The notes below the pieces were generated by a model. The model was given only the letters and a program-made list of their open reading frames with translations. It had not been told where the DNA came from and ran no database searches. Both the position numbers and the translations under genes were made by a program. Source: an uncultured Phycisphaerales bacterium (GTDB lineage: Bacteria; Planctomycetota; Phycisphaerae; Tepidisphaerales; Tepidisphaeraceae). Taken from it: 64,000 bases of DNA. Position 1 is the stretch's first letter; every line of letters begins with the position of its first letter. Location: assembly GCA_963755915.1 (NCBI GenBank), contig CAVWLP010000002.1, forward strand, positions 128,001 through 192,000. The letters run 5' to 3'. Positions 1 to 10,023 of the stretch are shown here, piece by piece.

Positions 1-94
1 CGACGCCCGCTTCCGCTCCTTCGACACGATGGAGCAGTACCGCCAATGGTGCGAAAAAAACCTCCCCTCATGGCTTGGATATGGCCGCGCCTGA
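1..94 (+). CDS. 3' end of a hypothetical protein (partial)
   Basis: Frame 2 reads DARFRSFDTMEQYRQWCEKNLPSWLGYGRA* with codon usage like neighbouring genes. Confidence 0.5.
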   Translation, partial: DARFRSFDTMEQYRQWCEKNLPSWLGYGRA

Positions 95-191
95 ATTCCA
101 CGAAGTTCCCCACCGCTTCCCCCGCCCCCGGTACTCCGGGAGAGGGCAGAGGAGGGGGTTGCACCATAAAAATCAAAGGGGTCGGGAGTCT

Positions 192-2420
192 TTGAAAAGA
201 CTCCCGACCCCTTTGATTTTCGTGGCGATTCTCGCCGCACTCACCCCCCTCGCCCCCGCCGACACCTGGGCCTTCGTCCACCCCCCCGATCCCTTCACCC
301 CCACCGCCCTCCTCGACCTCCGCTCCATGAACGAACCCATCGCCGGCCAAACCGGTTTCATCCGCGCCTCCCCCGACAGCGCCTCCCCCACCCACGGCTT
401 CCTTCGCGGCGACGGCCAACCCATCCGCTTCTGGGCCTGCGGCTCCGACCTCTATACCTCCGACGCCCAAACCCTCGCCCGCCACGCCCGCTTCCTCGCC
501 AAGCTCGGCGTCAACATGGTCCGCATCCACGCCCAGATCGGCTCCAGCCGGGACGGCGCAAATCTCACCGACGTCAGCCAGAAACAAATCGACGGCATCT
601 GGCGCGCCGTCGCCGCCTTCAAACGTGAAGGAATCTACGTCACCATCTCCCCCTACTGGGCCACCGATCGCCCCGTCGCCAACTGGGGCATTGACGGATA
701 CGACGGCCGCTCCGACCTCTGGGGCCTTCTCTTCTTCAACCCCAGGCTCCAGCAGGGATACAAAGCCTGGGCCGCCAAGCTCTACGCGCAAACCAATCCA
801 TACACCGGCATCCCTCTCAGCCAGGATCCCGCCGTCGCCATCATCGAAGTGCAAAACGAAGACGGCATGTTTTTCTGGACCGTCGACGCCATCCACCCCC
901 CACAGAAGCAATTGCTCGGCCGCATCTTCGGCAAATGGCTGGCCATAAAATACGGCTCGCTCAATTCCGCATGGGACGCCTGGGACAACATCACCCAAAC
1001 CGGCGACGACTTCCCCGTCGGCGACGTCGCCATCCTCCCCATCTACCAATGGACCATCCCCCATCGCGTCGGCATGGCCCGCCGCCTCCGCGATCAGCTC
1101 GAATTCTTCGCCGCTCTCGAGCGCGATTTTTACGTCCGCATGGTGAACTTCTACCGCCACGACCTCGGCTGCCGCCAGCTCATCAACGGCTGCAACTGGC
1201 TCACCGCCGATGCCGTCACCCTCAACGACGTCGAGCGCTATTGCAACACCCCCGCCGACGTCATGGCCGTCAATAAATATTTCAACGCCGTCCACGCCGG
1301 CAAAAACGTCGGCTGGCGAATCGACCCCGGCGATTTCTTCACCGATCATCCCGCCGTCCTCAATCCCTGGGACCTCCCCACCAATCTCAAGCAGGCGATG
1401 GGCCATCCCATGATCGTCACCGAAAGCACCTGGGTTTCGCCGATGGATTTTCAGGACGAAGGCCCGTTCCTGGTCGCCGCCTACGAATCCCTCAATGGCC
1501 TGGCCGGCTATTACTGGTTCACCGCCACCGCGGAACAATATCTCAACGACCCGCGCTTCCCCTTCGTGAAAGTCGCTGGCCAATTCCCCCTCAAAAAATG
1601 GACCATCTCCACCCCCTCCATCATGGGCAATTTCCCCGCCGCCGCGATCATGTATCGCAACGGCTATGTCCAGCAGGGCCAACCCGCTGTCATCGAAAAC
1701 CGCCCGCTGAATGATCTGTGGAACCGCAAACCCCCTCTCATCTCCGAGGGCACCGCCTTCGACCCCAACCGCATGTCCGGCCAACCCACCGAGACCGGCC
1801 CATATCGCCAGGACGTTGATCCCCTCGCCTTCCTCGTCGGCCCGGTCATCGTCAACTATGGCGGCGACCCGCGCAACAACCAGCTCGCCGACTTCTCGAC
1901 CAGTATCGACCGCCAGAAAAAGCTCATCATCAGCAACACCGGCCAGATTCGCATGGACTATAACATCGGCCTATGCACCCTCGACGCCCCCGCCGCCCAG
2001 GGCGCCACAGGATTCCTAAAATCCGCCGGGGCGATCCATCTGAGCACGATCGACATCACCGCCAACAACGCCCATGCCACGGTCCTTGCCGTTTCGATGG
2101 ATGGAAAACCGCTGAGTCAGTCCCAACGGATACTCGTTCAAGTCGGCGCAGCCGCGCACTTGGCCGGCTGGACGCAGGAGCCGATCGACTTCAGCGATAG
2201 CGGGCACCAATACCAGGGCTTCAAGGTCACCCAAGCCGGCCAGCCGCCCTGGCTCGTCGAAGATAACGACATCACCCTCACGATCCGCAATCCGCATCTT
2301 TCGCAATTGACGGCACTGGACACTGCCGGATATCCGTTAACCCGCACGGCGCTGAAATCTTCCGGCGACAACATTCAATTCCGTTTTCCCGCCGGATCGA
2401 TGTACGCAATCTTGAATTGA
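192..2420 (+). CDS. Secreted glycoside hydrolase, GH5/clan A-like
   Basis: Signal peptide after the TTG start; LAKLGVNMVRIH; acid/base motif IEVQNED; nucleophile-like MIVTES. Confidence 0.75.
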   Translation: MKRLPTPLIFVAILAALTPLAPADTWAFVHPPDPFTPTALLDLRSMNEPIAGQTGFIRASPDSASPTHGFLRGDGQPIRFWACGSDLYTSDAQTLARHARFLAKLGVNMVRIHAQIGSSRDGANLTDVSQKQIDGIWRAVAAFKREGIYVTISPYWATDRPVANWGIDGYDGRSDLWGLLFFNPRLQQGYKAWAAKLYAQTNPYTGIPLSQDPAVAIIEVQNEDGMFFWTVDAIHPPQKQLLGRIFGKWLAIKYGSLNSAWDAWDNITQTGDDFPVGDVAILPIYQWTIPHRVGMARRLRDQLEFFAALERDFYVRMVNFYRHDLGCRQLINGCNWLTADAVTLNDVERYCNTPADVMAVNKYFNAVHAGKNVGWRIDPGDFFTDHPAVLNPWDLPTNLKQAMGHPMIVTESTWVSPMDFQDEGPFLVAAYESLNGLAGYYWFTATAEQYLNDPRFPFVKVAGQFPLKKWTISTPSIMGNFPAAAIMYRNGYVQQGQPAVIENRPLNDLWNRKPPLISEGTAFDPNRMSGQPTETGPYRQDVDPLAFLVGPVIVNYGGDPRNNQLADFSTSIDRQKKLIISNTGQIRMDYNIGLCTLDAPAAQGATGFLKSAGAIHLSTIDITANNAHATVLAVSMDGKPLSQSQRILVQVGAAAHLAGWTQEPIDFSDSGHQYQGFKVTQAGQPPWLVEDNDITLTIRNPHLSQLTALDTAGYPLTRTALKSSGDNIQFRFPAGSMYAILN

Positions 2421-2557
2421 ATTACAAACTCCCCGTGTAGCCGTCCCACTTGTCGGGCGCGTCTTCCGACGGCGGCAAAAAAAATGTGGTATCGCGAACA
2501 TCTTGCTGATACCTTAAAATCCCTGCCGGACACGCAGCGCCGAAAGGAAAACCCAAA

Positions 2558-2911
2558 ATGAAAAAAGCTCACCCCGGAATTAACCCCGCTTCCAAACCAA
2601 GTGGCGACGGATGCATGGAATGCCTGGCGTCCCCGACAGACTGGTGGTTTCATCTCCGTCGCTGTGCGCAGTGTGGGCACATCGGATGCTGTGACAGCTC
2701 TCCCAATCAACATGCATCAAAGCACGCGGCCGAGACGGGGCATCACATCATCTGCAGCTTTGAGCCGGGCGAGGACTGGTTCTACGATTACGAGACGCAG
2801 GCGATGATCGAAGGCGTGGAATTGCCTCCGCCGCACGCGCATCCCGCAAGTCAGCCCACGCCCGGACCGGCGGGAAGGGTGCCGGACGACTGGGATTCAC
2901 AACGAAGCTAG
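2558..2911 (+). CDS. UBP-type zinc finger protein
   Basis: CxxC...HLRRCAQCGHIGCCDSSPNQHASKH pattern. Confidence 0.85.
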   Translation: MKKAHPGINPASKPSGDGCMECLASPTDWWFHLRRCAQCGHIGCCDSSPNQHASKHAAETGHHIICSFEPGEDWFYDYETQAMIEGVELPPPHAHPASQPTPGPAGRVPDDWDSQRS

Positions 2912-2996
2912 CTGCCGTCGATCGACTTTTTATGAATCGGAGCGGGGACTCGGGAGACCGTATTTAAAATGAGCACCGCATCGAAAGGAGCCGTCA

Positions 2997-3449
2997 ATGA
3001 GCAGCGTACAAATCGAACCAAAGAGCTATGAGTTGCGCCCGCGCGTTGGGTTCACCGTCACACATTTCATCACCGTCGCCGACATCGACCGATCGGCTGA
3101 TTTTTATGAAAAGGTCTTCGGCGGCCGCGTTCTGAGCAGAGGCGACAGCAAGGGCGCCTCTGGGCACATTCAGATCGCGAATTCCTGGCTGATTGTCAAC
3201 GTCGGCGGCGGCCCCACCCCGGACAAGCCGACGGTAACGCTCGACGTCCCCGCCGACCCGGATAAGGTCAGCAGCTTCCTGAATATCCGCGTTGCCGATA
3301 TTCAAGCGTGCTATGAATTATGGAAAAGTCGAGGAGCCGAGTTTCTCACGGAGCCGAAGCAAAAGTACGGCGAAATACGCTGCTACATCCGCGATCCTGA
3401 CGGCTATATCATTGAAGTCGGACAGAGCACCGACCTCACGCACGGCTAA
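2997..3449 (+). CDS. VOC/glyoxalase family protein
   Basis: HFITVADIDRSADFYEKVFG and YIRDPDGYIIEV motifs; AAGGAG RBS. Confidence 0.85.
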   Translation: MSSVQIEPKSYELRPRVGFTVTHFITVADIDRSADFYEKVFGGRVLSRGDSKGASGHIQIANSWLIVNVGGGPTPDKPTVTLDVPADPDKVSSFLNIRVADIQACYELWKSRGAEFLTEPKQKYGEIRCYIRDPDGYIIEVGQSTDLTHG

Positions 3450-3462
3450 CGCTCGGTTACAA

Positions 3463-4287
3463 TTAGCAACGGCGGTTGCGCGGACGGATCAAATGTAGAC
3501 TAAAGTTGACGGCGAGCATTACCGAGAGCGAAATCGGCTCCGGAACAACTGCAACGGCGGATAGTGACGCTGATTCGACTGCGATGTTGTCGTACTGCCC
3601 GTTGTCCGCGGTCGTGGTGTAGTCAACTGTCAGAGTCTGGCCCGGGGAGTTGGCCACGTAGGTGATCGTGTAAATAGAAAAGTTGGCGCCGTTATCGCTC
3701 GAGGATTCAACGTCCGTGTACGGCGATGCCGAGCCGTCGCTCAGAGCTGCCGTGAGTGAAGCAGTCACATTCACATAGCCCAACGTCAGAATCAGCGTCC
3801 TGGATTCCGTGCTGCTGGCGGCGAATGTCAACTGGAACCCGGTGCCGACTGCCGGCCCATCTGTGGCGCCACCGTTTACCGGATAGGCCTGCATAAACAA
3901 AGGCAGGGCCGAACTCTGATCGGGCGTATTCGTTCCGTCGCTCCAGGTGTACTCGCCAGGCTGATTCGTCCGGTTGGTCAAACCGGAGACGGTCAGACCG
4001 CCAAGCAGCGTCATACCCCGGATATCGTGGGTGGCGACATTTTTCTCATCATAAGGGGTTGTGCTTCCCTGCGTCTCGTTGGAGGCGCCACCCCAAACTG
4101 CCCAGTCATCGGTGCCCACGGTGGTGAGATTTGACGTCCCAGGATCCGTGGTGAGCATGACCGAACCGTTAATGACCCCCGCGCGGGCGGTCAGATCGAG
4201 TGCCGAAACGATCGCCAGGACCAGCCAAACGGCGGTGTAAATACTGATTGCCGAGAGACGTCTAACAGAATGAGGTGCAAGGTCCAT
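3463..4287 (-). CDS. PEP-CTERM surface protein
   Basis: Signal peptide, Ser/Thr-rich body, C-terminal VPEP + hydrophobic stretch + RPRNRR. Confidence 0.75.
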   Translation of the reverse strand: MDLAPHSVRRLSAISIYTAVWLVLAIVSALDLTARAGVINGSVMLTTDPGTSNLTTVGTDDWAVWGGASNETQGSTTPYDEKNVATHDIRGMTLLGGLTVSGLTNRTNQPGEYTWSDGTNTPDQSSALPLFMQAYPVNGGATDGPAVGTGFQLTFAASSTESRTLILTLGYVNVTASLTAALSDGSASPYTDVESSSDNGANFSIYTITYVANSPGQTLTVDYTTTADNGQYDNIAVESASLSAVAVVPEPISLSVMLAVNFSLHLIRPRNRRC

Positions 4288-4787
4288 ATTCTTCTCCCAT
4301 CCCTTGAAATCTTCAAACACCTGATGTGCAGGATGAATCTAGAAGTGTGATGAGCCAGGTTCAATATTTTTCTGGAGATTTTTTATATAATTTTGCTACG
4401 CAAAATGCGGCACTTGCAATCTCATAACGCGACGAAATCGGCAGCGCCAGCTTAAGGCGCGGGATGGGATAGGGTTCACTTAACTGGGCAGGTTGCACTC
4501 CGGGCATCACTCACCGGCACTTTCGTGAGCGATAGGCAAACTGCACTTCAGACACCATTCACCCTTAACCATCACCCGGACTACCAAGGGAGGGAAAAGA
4601 GGAGGAATTCGAACTCGTAGACCACGCCCCCGAAACCCGGGCAGCATAAATAGACTACTAAAGATTATAAATAGTGCCAAAAACGACAAAAGGCGCTCCC
4701 CAGCTTACCCATCCATCCCAGCTTGTTGCCGAGTGTCCGGTAGTGGTATACTCTGAAGTAATCGGAAAATATTCATCTCTTCGGACA

Positions 4788-5135
4788 TCAAACCGGCCTT
4801 GACTTCATGGGGGTTGTTCCGCATTCCGGGCAGCGATCCGGCGTGGCGCGGAGGTCGTACCCGCATTTTGCACAGCGTCCTCGCAAATCGCGTTTTCGCG
4901 CTCGCCGATCCATGAAGAGTAGAACGGCCGCCATGAAATACAAAGCTGGGCACGCATAGCTAACGATCAAAAGAACCGTTCGCGTCGAATCCGAAAATGG
5001 TCCAAAGGTTCCTATGAGCGTATGAAGCTTGAATTGCCCCAGCCCGTGAATCTCAAACCCGGAAACCAAAATCGAACTCGCGAAGAGAGAGAAGGCGAGC
5101 ATCGCGTATAGCATCCATCGAGGAAAGCTTTTCAC
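4788..5135 (-). CDS. Membrane protein with C-terminal zinc ribbon
   Basis: Two hydrophobic segments then RCAKCGYDLRATPDRCPECG. Confidence 0.75.
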   Translation of the reverse strand: MKSFPRWMLYAMLAFSLFASSILVSGFEIHGLGQFKLHTLIGTFGPFSDSTRTVLLIVSYACPALYFMAAVLLFMDRRARKRDLRGRCAKCGYDLRATPDRCPECGTTPMKSRPV

Positions 5136-5195
5136 GCGACCGATTGTACCGCGCCTCAGCCGATCGGCTTCAGCAAATCATCAATCTCCCAAACC

Positions 5196-6083
5196 TCATG
5201 CGAGCTTCTTTTTCGCTGGCTTATAATCGGTCAGTCTGCCGCCCAGCAACCGCTCTTCCCGTTCCAGCAATTCCACAAAATCACGCATCGTCCATTCTTT
5301 GTTGGCGATTCCGGCCCGAACGGCTGGCGTCGTCTTCAATGTCATGTGAACGCGGATGAAATTGTAGTGCATGTATTGCAGAGCAACCATGTGCTCGTGA
5401 TTCGCCAGCTTCTTTGAGAACGCATTGGTAAGGCGAGTGAATCGCCGATTGCCCATCCGCACCGTCAGATTCTGTCGCTCGATATAGCTCGTGGAAATCT
5501 TCTTCGGCTCGGGCGCGCCGCATACCGCCTCTTTCTTTATGCTGACAACTTCGGGTGGGCTGTAGCGACCGGGGCCCGACCTATCGGGGCCGTAAACTTT
5601 GATGAGCTGCGCGTAGTCAATGTCGTTTCCGAAAGCGGTGTCCACTGCGTCAAGATAGGCTTTCAATCCGTCCGTCGTAAGCTGCACGCGATTCGCCAGC
5701 CGATCCGCAACATCATTCATAAACTTGTGAGCGTACCACCCATTGCGAAGGCCCACAGTGTAGCCGATGACGAGTTTTGTGTCCGCGTCGATTGCAACCC
5801 ACGTCCAAACATCGCCGATGCCAAAGACACCTTGAAGATCGATCGGGACATTCTTTTGTTTGCAACCGACGTACTGCCAGATTTCGTCACATTGGACGCG
5901 GCGGCTACGGACATCGCAGACGGTCAAATCGTGATACTGCGCGGCCAGCGTACCAGCATCGGCCAGCAACCGGAGAACGGTAACCTTGTTCACGCCGAAC
6001 ATCCGGCAGGTTGACGCGATGCTGACGCCTTCAACCAGAGCTGTAAGAACTGCTGCCCGCGTTTCGATGTTCAGCTTTTTCAT
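5196..6083 (-). CDS. IS1-family-like DDE transposase
   Basis: N-terminal HTH; VQCDEIW, LTTDG and SYIERQNLTVR (DDE); RRFTRLTNAFSKK; YNFIRVH. Confidence 0.9.
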   Translation of the reverse strand: MKKLNIETRAAVLTALVEGVSIASTCRMFGVNKVTVLRLLADAGTLAAQYHDLTVCDVRSRRVQCDEIWQYVGCKQKNVPIDLQGVFGIGDVWTWVAIDADTKLVIGYTVGLRNGWYAHKFMNDVADRLANRVQLTTDGLKAYLDAVDTAFGNDIDYAQLIKVYGPDRSGPGRYSPPEVVSIKKEAVCGAPEPKKISTSYIERQNLTVRMGNRRFTRLTNAFSKKLANHEHMVALQYMHYNFIRVHMTLKTTPAVRAGIANKEWTMRDFVELLEREERLLGGRLTDYKPAKKKLA

Positions 6084-6090
6084 GTGAGTT

Positions 6091-6159
6091 ATTGTAATTA
6101 CGTAAACATTACAACGCAAGAACAAAATGATTGATTTCTAAGTTTTTTGTGATTACAAT
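6091..6159. promoter_or_regulatory. Divergent sigma70 promoters with repeated palindromic operator
   Basis: + strand TTGATT(6131)-17-TACAAT(6154); - strand TTGCGT(6119)-17-TACAAT(6096); TTGT(A/G)ATTAC at 6092 and 6147 overlaps both -10 boxes. Confidence 0.7.
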
Positions 6160-6165
6160 GTTGAG

Positions 6166-6378
6166 ATGAAAAAACATATAGGCAGACCGAAAAAACCTGC
6201 GGACCACTCTAAGGGAGAATTGCTCCAGGTGCGATTGGAAGCCAAAGAAAAGCAGGGTTTTTCGGATGCTGCCGCCCTGTCTGGCCTTGCCTTGTCTTCT
6301 TGGGTTCGGGAACGATTGCGTGGCATCGCGCGTCAGGAATTGGAGGGGATGGGAAAGCCGATTCCGTTTATTCCCTAG
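6166..6378 (+). CDS. Small ribbon-helix-helix-like DNA-binding protein
   Basis: GRPKK tail, beta-strand LLQVRL, then AAALSGLALSSWVRERL; homologous to 32007-32228. Confidence 0.75.
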   Translation: MKKHIGRPKKPADHSKGELLQVRLEAKEKQGFSDAAALSGLALSSWVRERLRGIARQELEGMGKPIPFIP

Positions 6379-6444
6379 GCCGTTTTTATGGGCGGATGCG
6401 GAGTGCTGTACTTCTTTTAATTGCCATGCGATAATTCGCGCATT

Positions 6445-8980
6445 ATGCCTCACAATGGCGAATGGAATCCGTTCTCGACCAAAGACTGGGCGGATGCTAT
6501 TGGCCTAGTGAACATCCCTTTGTTTGGAGGAGAGCAACCCAGAGGAATTGCCGGCGACTTCGCTGTGCTTTTGGACGGACGCCGGTCTAGCTTTGGACTT
6601 TTTCTGGCCGACGATCCTAATGAGCTGATTTACAGCAACCGCCCTCTTTCTTGGTCATGGTCCGCGAATCTGCGCCACTCGTTAATCGTTCACAAAAAAG
6701 CTGACGTTGTTATTCACCGGCGGTGGGACTCTCCTGACAAATCCACAAAATTTCCTATTCCGAGAACGTCTCTTGAGGCGGCGACGGCCTTTGCGGAAAG
6801 AATTGGGTCGGCGAAGGCTAGATCGGCATCGGACGTAATAGGCCGAATGCTTGGCGCGTTCCGCAGGGTGCGGGCCAATTTGGCCCCACAAATTATGGAT
6901 GCCGTTGTCGCGATTCGTGTCTTTAATGCCTTTCTCGTCGGGGCGGAAATGGTTCGAAAGGGCTCGTTGCGTCCTGACGAATGGCGCGGTTGTCGGACAG
7001 TCAAAGACGCTCTCGACCTGATAAAGAACAACGACGATGGCGTCGGAGTTGATAGAATCCCCTCAGACGCAGCAAGCATTGAGATCGGTGGACTTCCCGG
7101 AACATTCATTGATCCTGATCCATCCACCGGATGTGAATTAGAGCCTGATTTGCTGATACGCCATGCGTCCGGCTCGCTCTATCAGGATGCGCATTTCGAA
7201 TTGGAACGAGAAGATCAATTATCGTTGCCTGGGCTTGCCGAGAATCCCTCGTATCAACCTTCACTTCAGCGCGACGCGAGATTTACACAGCCAGCACTTG
7301 CGAGGGCTATGGTGCAACAGGCACTCAAGGCATATCGTCGAACAGAACGCGAACGAGAGATGGTTATATTGGACCCCGCATGCGGGTCGGGGGTTTTTCT
7401 TCAGCATGCCTTGCAAGAGCTGGCAGCTACAGCATGTAAACGTGCGATCAAATTAATTGGCTTTGATACTTCGGCCGTTTCCTGTGCGATTTCAGAATTC
7501 TGTTTACATCGCTCCGCAAGAGATGCGGCGTTGCGCGATTTGAGAGTTACAACCGAGATCAGCGATCAGAATGCGATGCGCAGAATGGCCAGTTGCTGAT
7601 CTGATTCTCACAAATCCACCATTTGCCGCGTGGAAAAAGATGCATGCCGACGATAGGAACATGGTGCGCGAAGTGCTTGGCAAGCTGTTTAAGGGCCATG
7701 CCGACAAGGCAATGGCCTTCATCTGGAAGGCTGCGAATTCAACGGCGATGGGTGGAACCTTTGCTTCGGTTCTTCCGAGCCCGCTACTAGAATCAAACGC
7801 CGGGGAACGGTGGCGGAAAGCGGTTATGGAACTGGCGAACATGGCGCTTGTCGGGCGGTTTCGTGGATACAGTTTCTTTCAAAACGCGATGGTTGAACCC
7901 GCTTTTGTTGTAATGCAGCGGAAGATTTCCGAAGACGATTTACCAAGGCCGGTGCACGTTCTCCTCTCCGATGAGGGAGCGGAAGATGAATCGTTGCGTG
8001 CAATTCGCCGGAACCGCCCAGACGGAGAACATGCGGACGATGACTCGTTCAGTGTGTTTACAGCTCCCCCATCCATAATAACATCCGTAAGTTGGATGCC
8101 CCGGTCGAAAAAGATGATGGAATTGATCCGCCGCCTTAAAGATAGCGAAATTGCGACCGTTGGAGAATTGTTTTCGATCGACCAAGGCGTCCTAACGGGC
8201 CTGAATAGCGCTTTTATTCTTTCCAAGGCTGAATTTCTCGGTCTGCCCGAAGATGAGCGCGAATACTTTATGCCCGCAATTGGATCTTCCACAATTAGGG
8301 GCGGCCAAATTCTTGAAGAGGAATATGTCTTTTATCCCTACTTGAAACCAGAGGACAACGATCCAAATCCGAAGACGCGAATAACCACCGTTGATGAACT
8401 GCGCGAAATGGTTCCGAATTATTTTGATGGTTGGCTACAGCCTTTCGAAGATCGCCTCTTAAAGCGAGAAGGATTCGGACAAAACAATTGGTGGCTTCTC
8501 ACGCGTGAACGAAGATGGCCCAAAGTACCAAAAATCGTCACGGCATATTTCGGCGAGACGGGAAGTTTCAGCTTTGATGTGGAAGGCCGTTTCGTCGTGG
8601 TTCAGGGTTATATCTGGCGATGGAATTCCGCCCAAGACAATGGGGATGAGGAGGCGGAAGAAATAGACTTCAATCGTAGTGGACTGCCGTGGGCTTATGT
8701 GGCGATGCTTAACAGTTCGGTATTCGAGACAATGTTGTCCCAATATTGCCCAAGGGTTCAAGGGGGACAATTTAATCTTTCTGATAGGTTTGTATCTAAT
8801 GCGTTTCTGCCAGACCTTACTGACGAAAGTCGCGTTGTCCCGGACGACGTGAAGGAATTGTCGCGCATTGGATTGAATTTATTCACGAATCGCTTAGTTG
8901 ATCTCAACCGGCTCAATTTAATCGTGGCTCACGTTTATGGAATTACGCTGGCGGACTTAGCAAGCGCAGCGAGGAGCTAG
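6445..8980 (+). CDS. N6-adenine DNA methyltransferase (gamma-type) with target-recognition domain, frameshifted near 7580
   Basis: Motif I ILDPACGSGVFL, motif IV LTNPPF, C-terminal YVAMLNS...RVQGGQFNL region like TaqI/Eco57I TRDs; two overlapping ORFs. Confidence 0.85.
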
Positions 8981-8982
8981 AC

Positions 8983-9663
8983 ATGGCAGGCGTTTCGCGC
9001 GGAGAAATTAACGCGATGCACGAGCGCCTATCGCGGAGCTTTGGGTCAAACCTTAGAAATGGATGCGATATTGCTCCGATGCCAGAATCCAGGCAGGGCT
9101 GGCATAGGAGAGCGCTTATGGCAGATATAGAATTCTTTCTTTGGAGCAGAAACCGAACACAACAATATGGGCTCCGGTCCGGGGGTCGTGGACAATGCCC
9201 AATCGTTTCCGCGATAGAAACCAGCGACGACTGGGATGTTGGAGAATTCTCGTGGGTAGCGTGGCGGGAAATATGGATCAGGAAGAAAGACGACGAATTT
9301 GATTTGAAAGATGCCGCCTTCACGTTCTTTTGGGGAAGAGAAACCGGATTAGGCCCCATTGACGATCAGTTGTTCCGCGTAGAGTGGCCGCAAAAGGGAT
9401 ACGGGGGCGACAGGTTGGGGCGACCTCATTGGCAAGTAGATTGGCCGCTCGCCGACCTGGAGCGATCTGTATCTGGTATTCATCTCGCGATGGCCGGATG
9501 GAATCAAACCGATGGCCGAAATTTGGATGGTGAACCCCACATATCCGAACACTTTATTCGGTATGCCACGGATGTAATAAGCGACATTGAAATTTGGGCG
9601 TCTCGTACGATGGCCTATTCGTTCGACCAGATCGCTCGATTCTTTCCGAGAAATTGGGGATAG
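8983..9663 (+). CDS. Hypothetical protein coupled to the methyltransferase
   Basis: Starts 2 nt after the MTase stop with an AGGAG RBS; FRVEW...PHWQ...IHLAM segments. Confidence 0.7.
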   Translation: MAGVSRGEINAMHERLSRSFGSNLRNGCDIAPMPESRQGWHRRALMADIEFFLWSRNRTQQYGLRSGGRGQCPIVSAIETSDDWDVGEFSWVAWREIWIRKKDDEFDLKDAAFTFFWGRETGLGPIDDQLFRVEWPQKGYGGDRLGRPHWQVDWPLADLERSVSGIHLAMAGWNQTDGRNLDGEPHISEHFIRYATDVISDIEIWASRTMAYSFDQIARFFPRNWG

Positions 9664-9670
9664 AGAAAAA

Positions 9671-9883
9671 TTAGGACATCATCCGTTGTCCCGCTTCCGC
9701 CCCCGCAAAGAACGCCGCCCGCAACAACGTCATCCCCCGTTCATCCACTTTTTGAATCCCCTTCGCCCACGCCTTCCACGCGGCCTCCAGGCCGGGCGGT
9801 AGCTGCTCCTCATGGCGCTTGATTGTCTCGTCAACGATCCGCTTGGCGGTTACGGCGGGGTCGGGGAGCTTGGCCTTTTTCAT
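9671..9883 (-). CDS. Small hypothetical protein reading inward from the right TIR
   Basis: 70-aa helical ORF (PDPAVTAKRIVDET); TACAAT 6 nt upstream of the ATG. Confidence 0.6.
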   Translation of the reverse strand: MKKAKLPDPAVTAKRIVDETIKRHEEQLPPGLEAAWKAWAKGIQKVDERGMTLLRAAFFAGAEAGQRMMS

Positions 9884-10023
9884 GGGCAAATTGTATGCCA
9901 AAGTGGCCCCGGCGGCTAAACCCTGAGTATACTACTACCGAATGTCCAGTTTTGTCTTGATTGCCCCAAACCAAAAAAACATCGCCGCCCCAAAAAACCA
10001 CTTCGCGCCACCCCCCAAATTCT

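Larger units (their letters stand above)
4739..9939. mobile_element. IS1-family-like cargo-carrying element, 5.2 kb
   Basis: TIRs GGTAGTGGTATACTC (4739-4753) and GAGTATACTACTACC (9925-9939), 14/15 match; flanking 8-bp direct repeats GAGTGTCC (4731-4738) and GAATGTCC (9940-9947), 7/8; IS1-like transposase inside. Confidence 0.85.

Noticed and set aside
110-165. GC-rich palindrome upstream of the glycoside hydrolase
   Set aside because: Ordinary REP-like hairpin with one copy in the window; it also makes the ORF start at 75 unlikely
4507-4509. In-frame TGA before CPEC as selenocysteine or recoding
   Set aside because: The surrounding frame has other disruptions and no evident SECIS; a decayed gene is more likely
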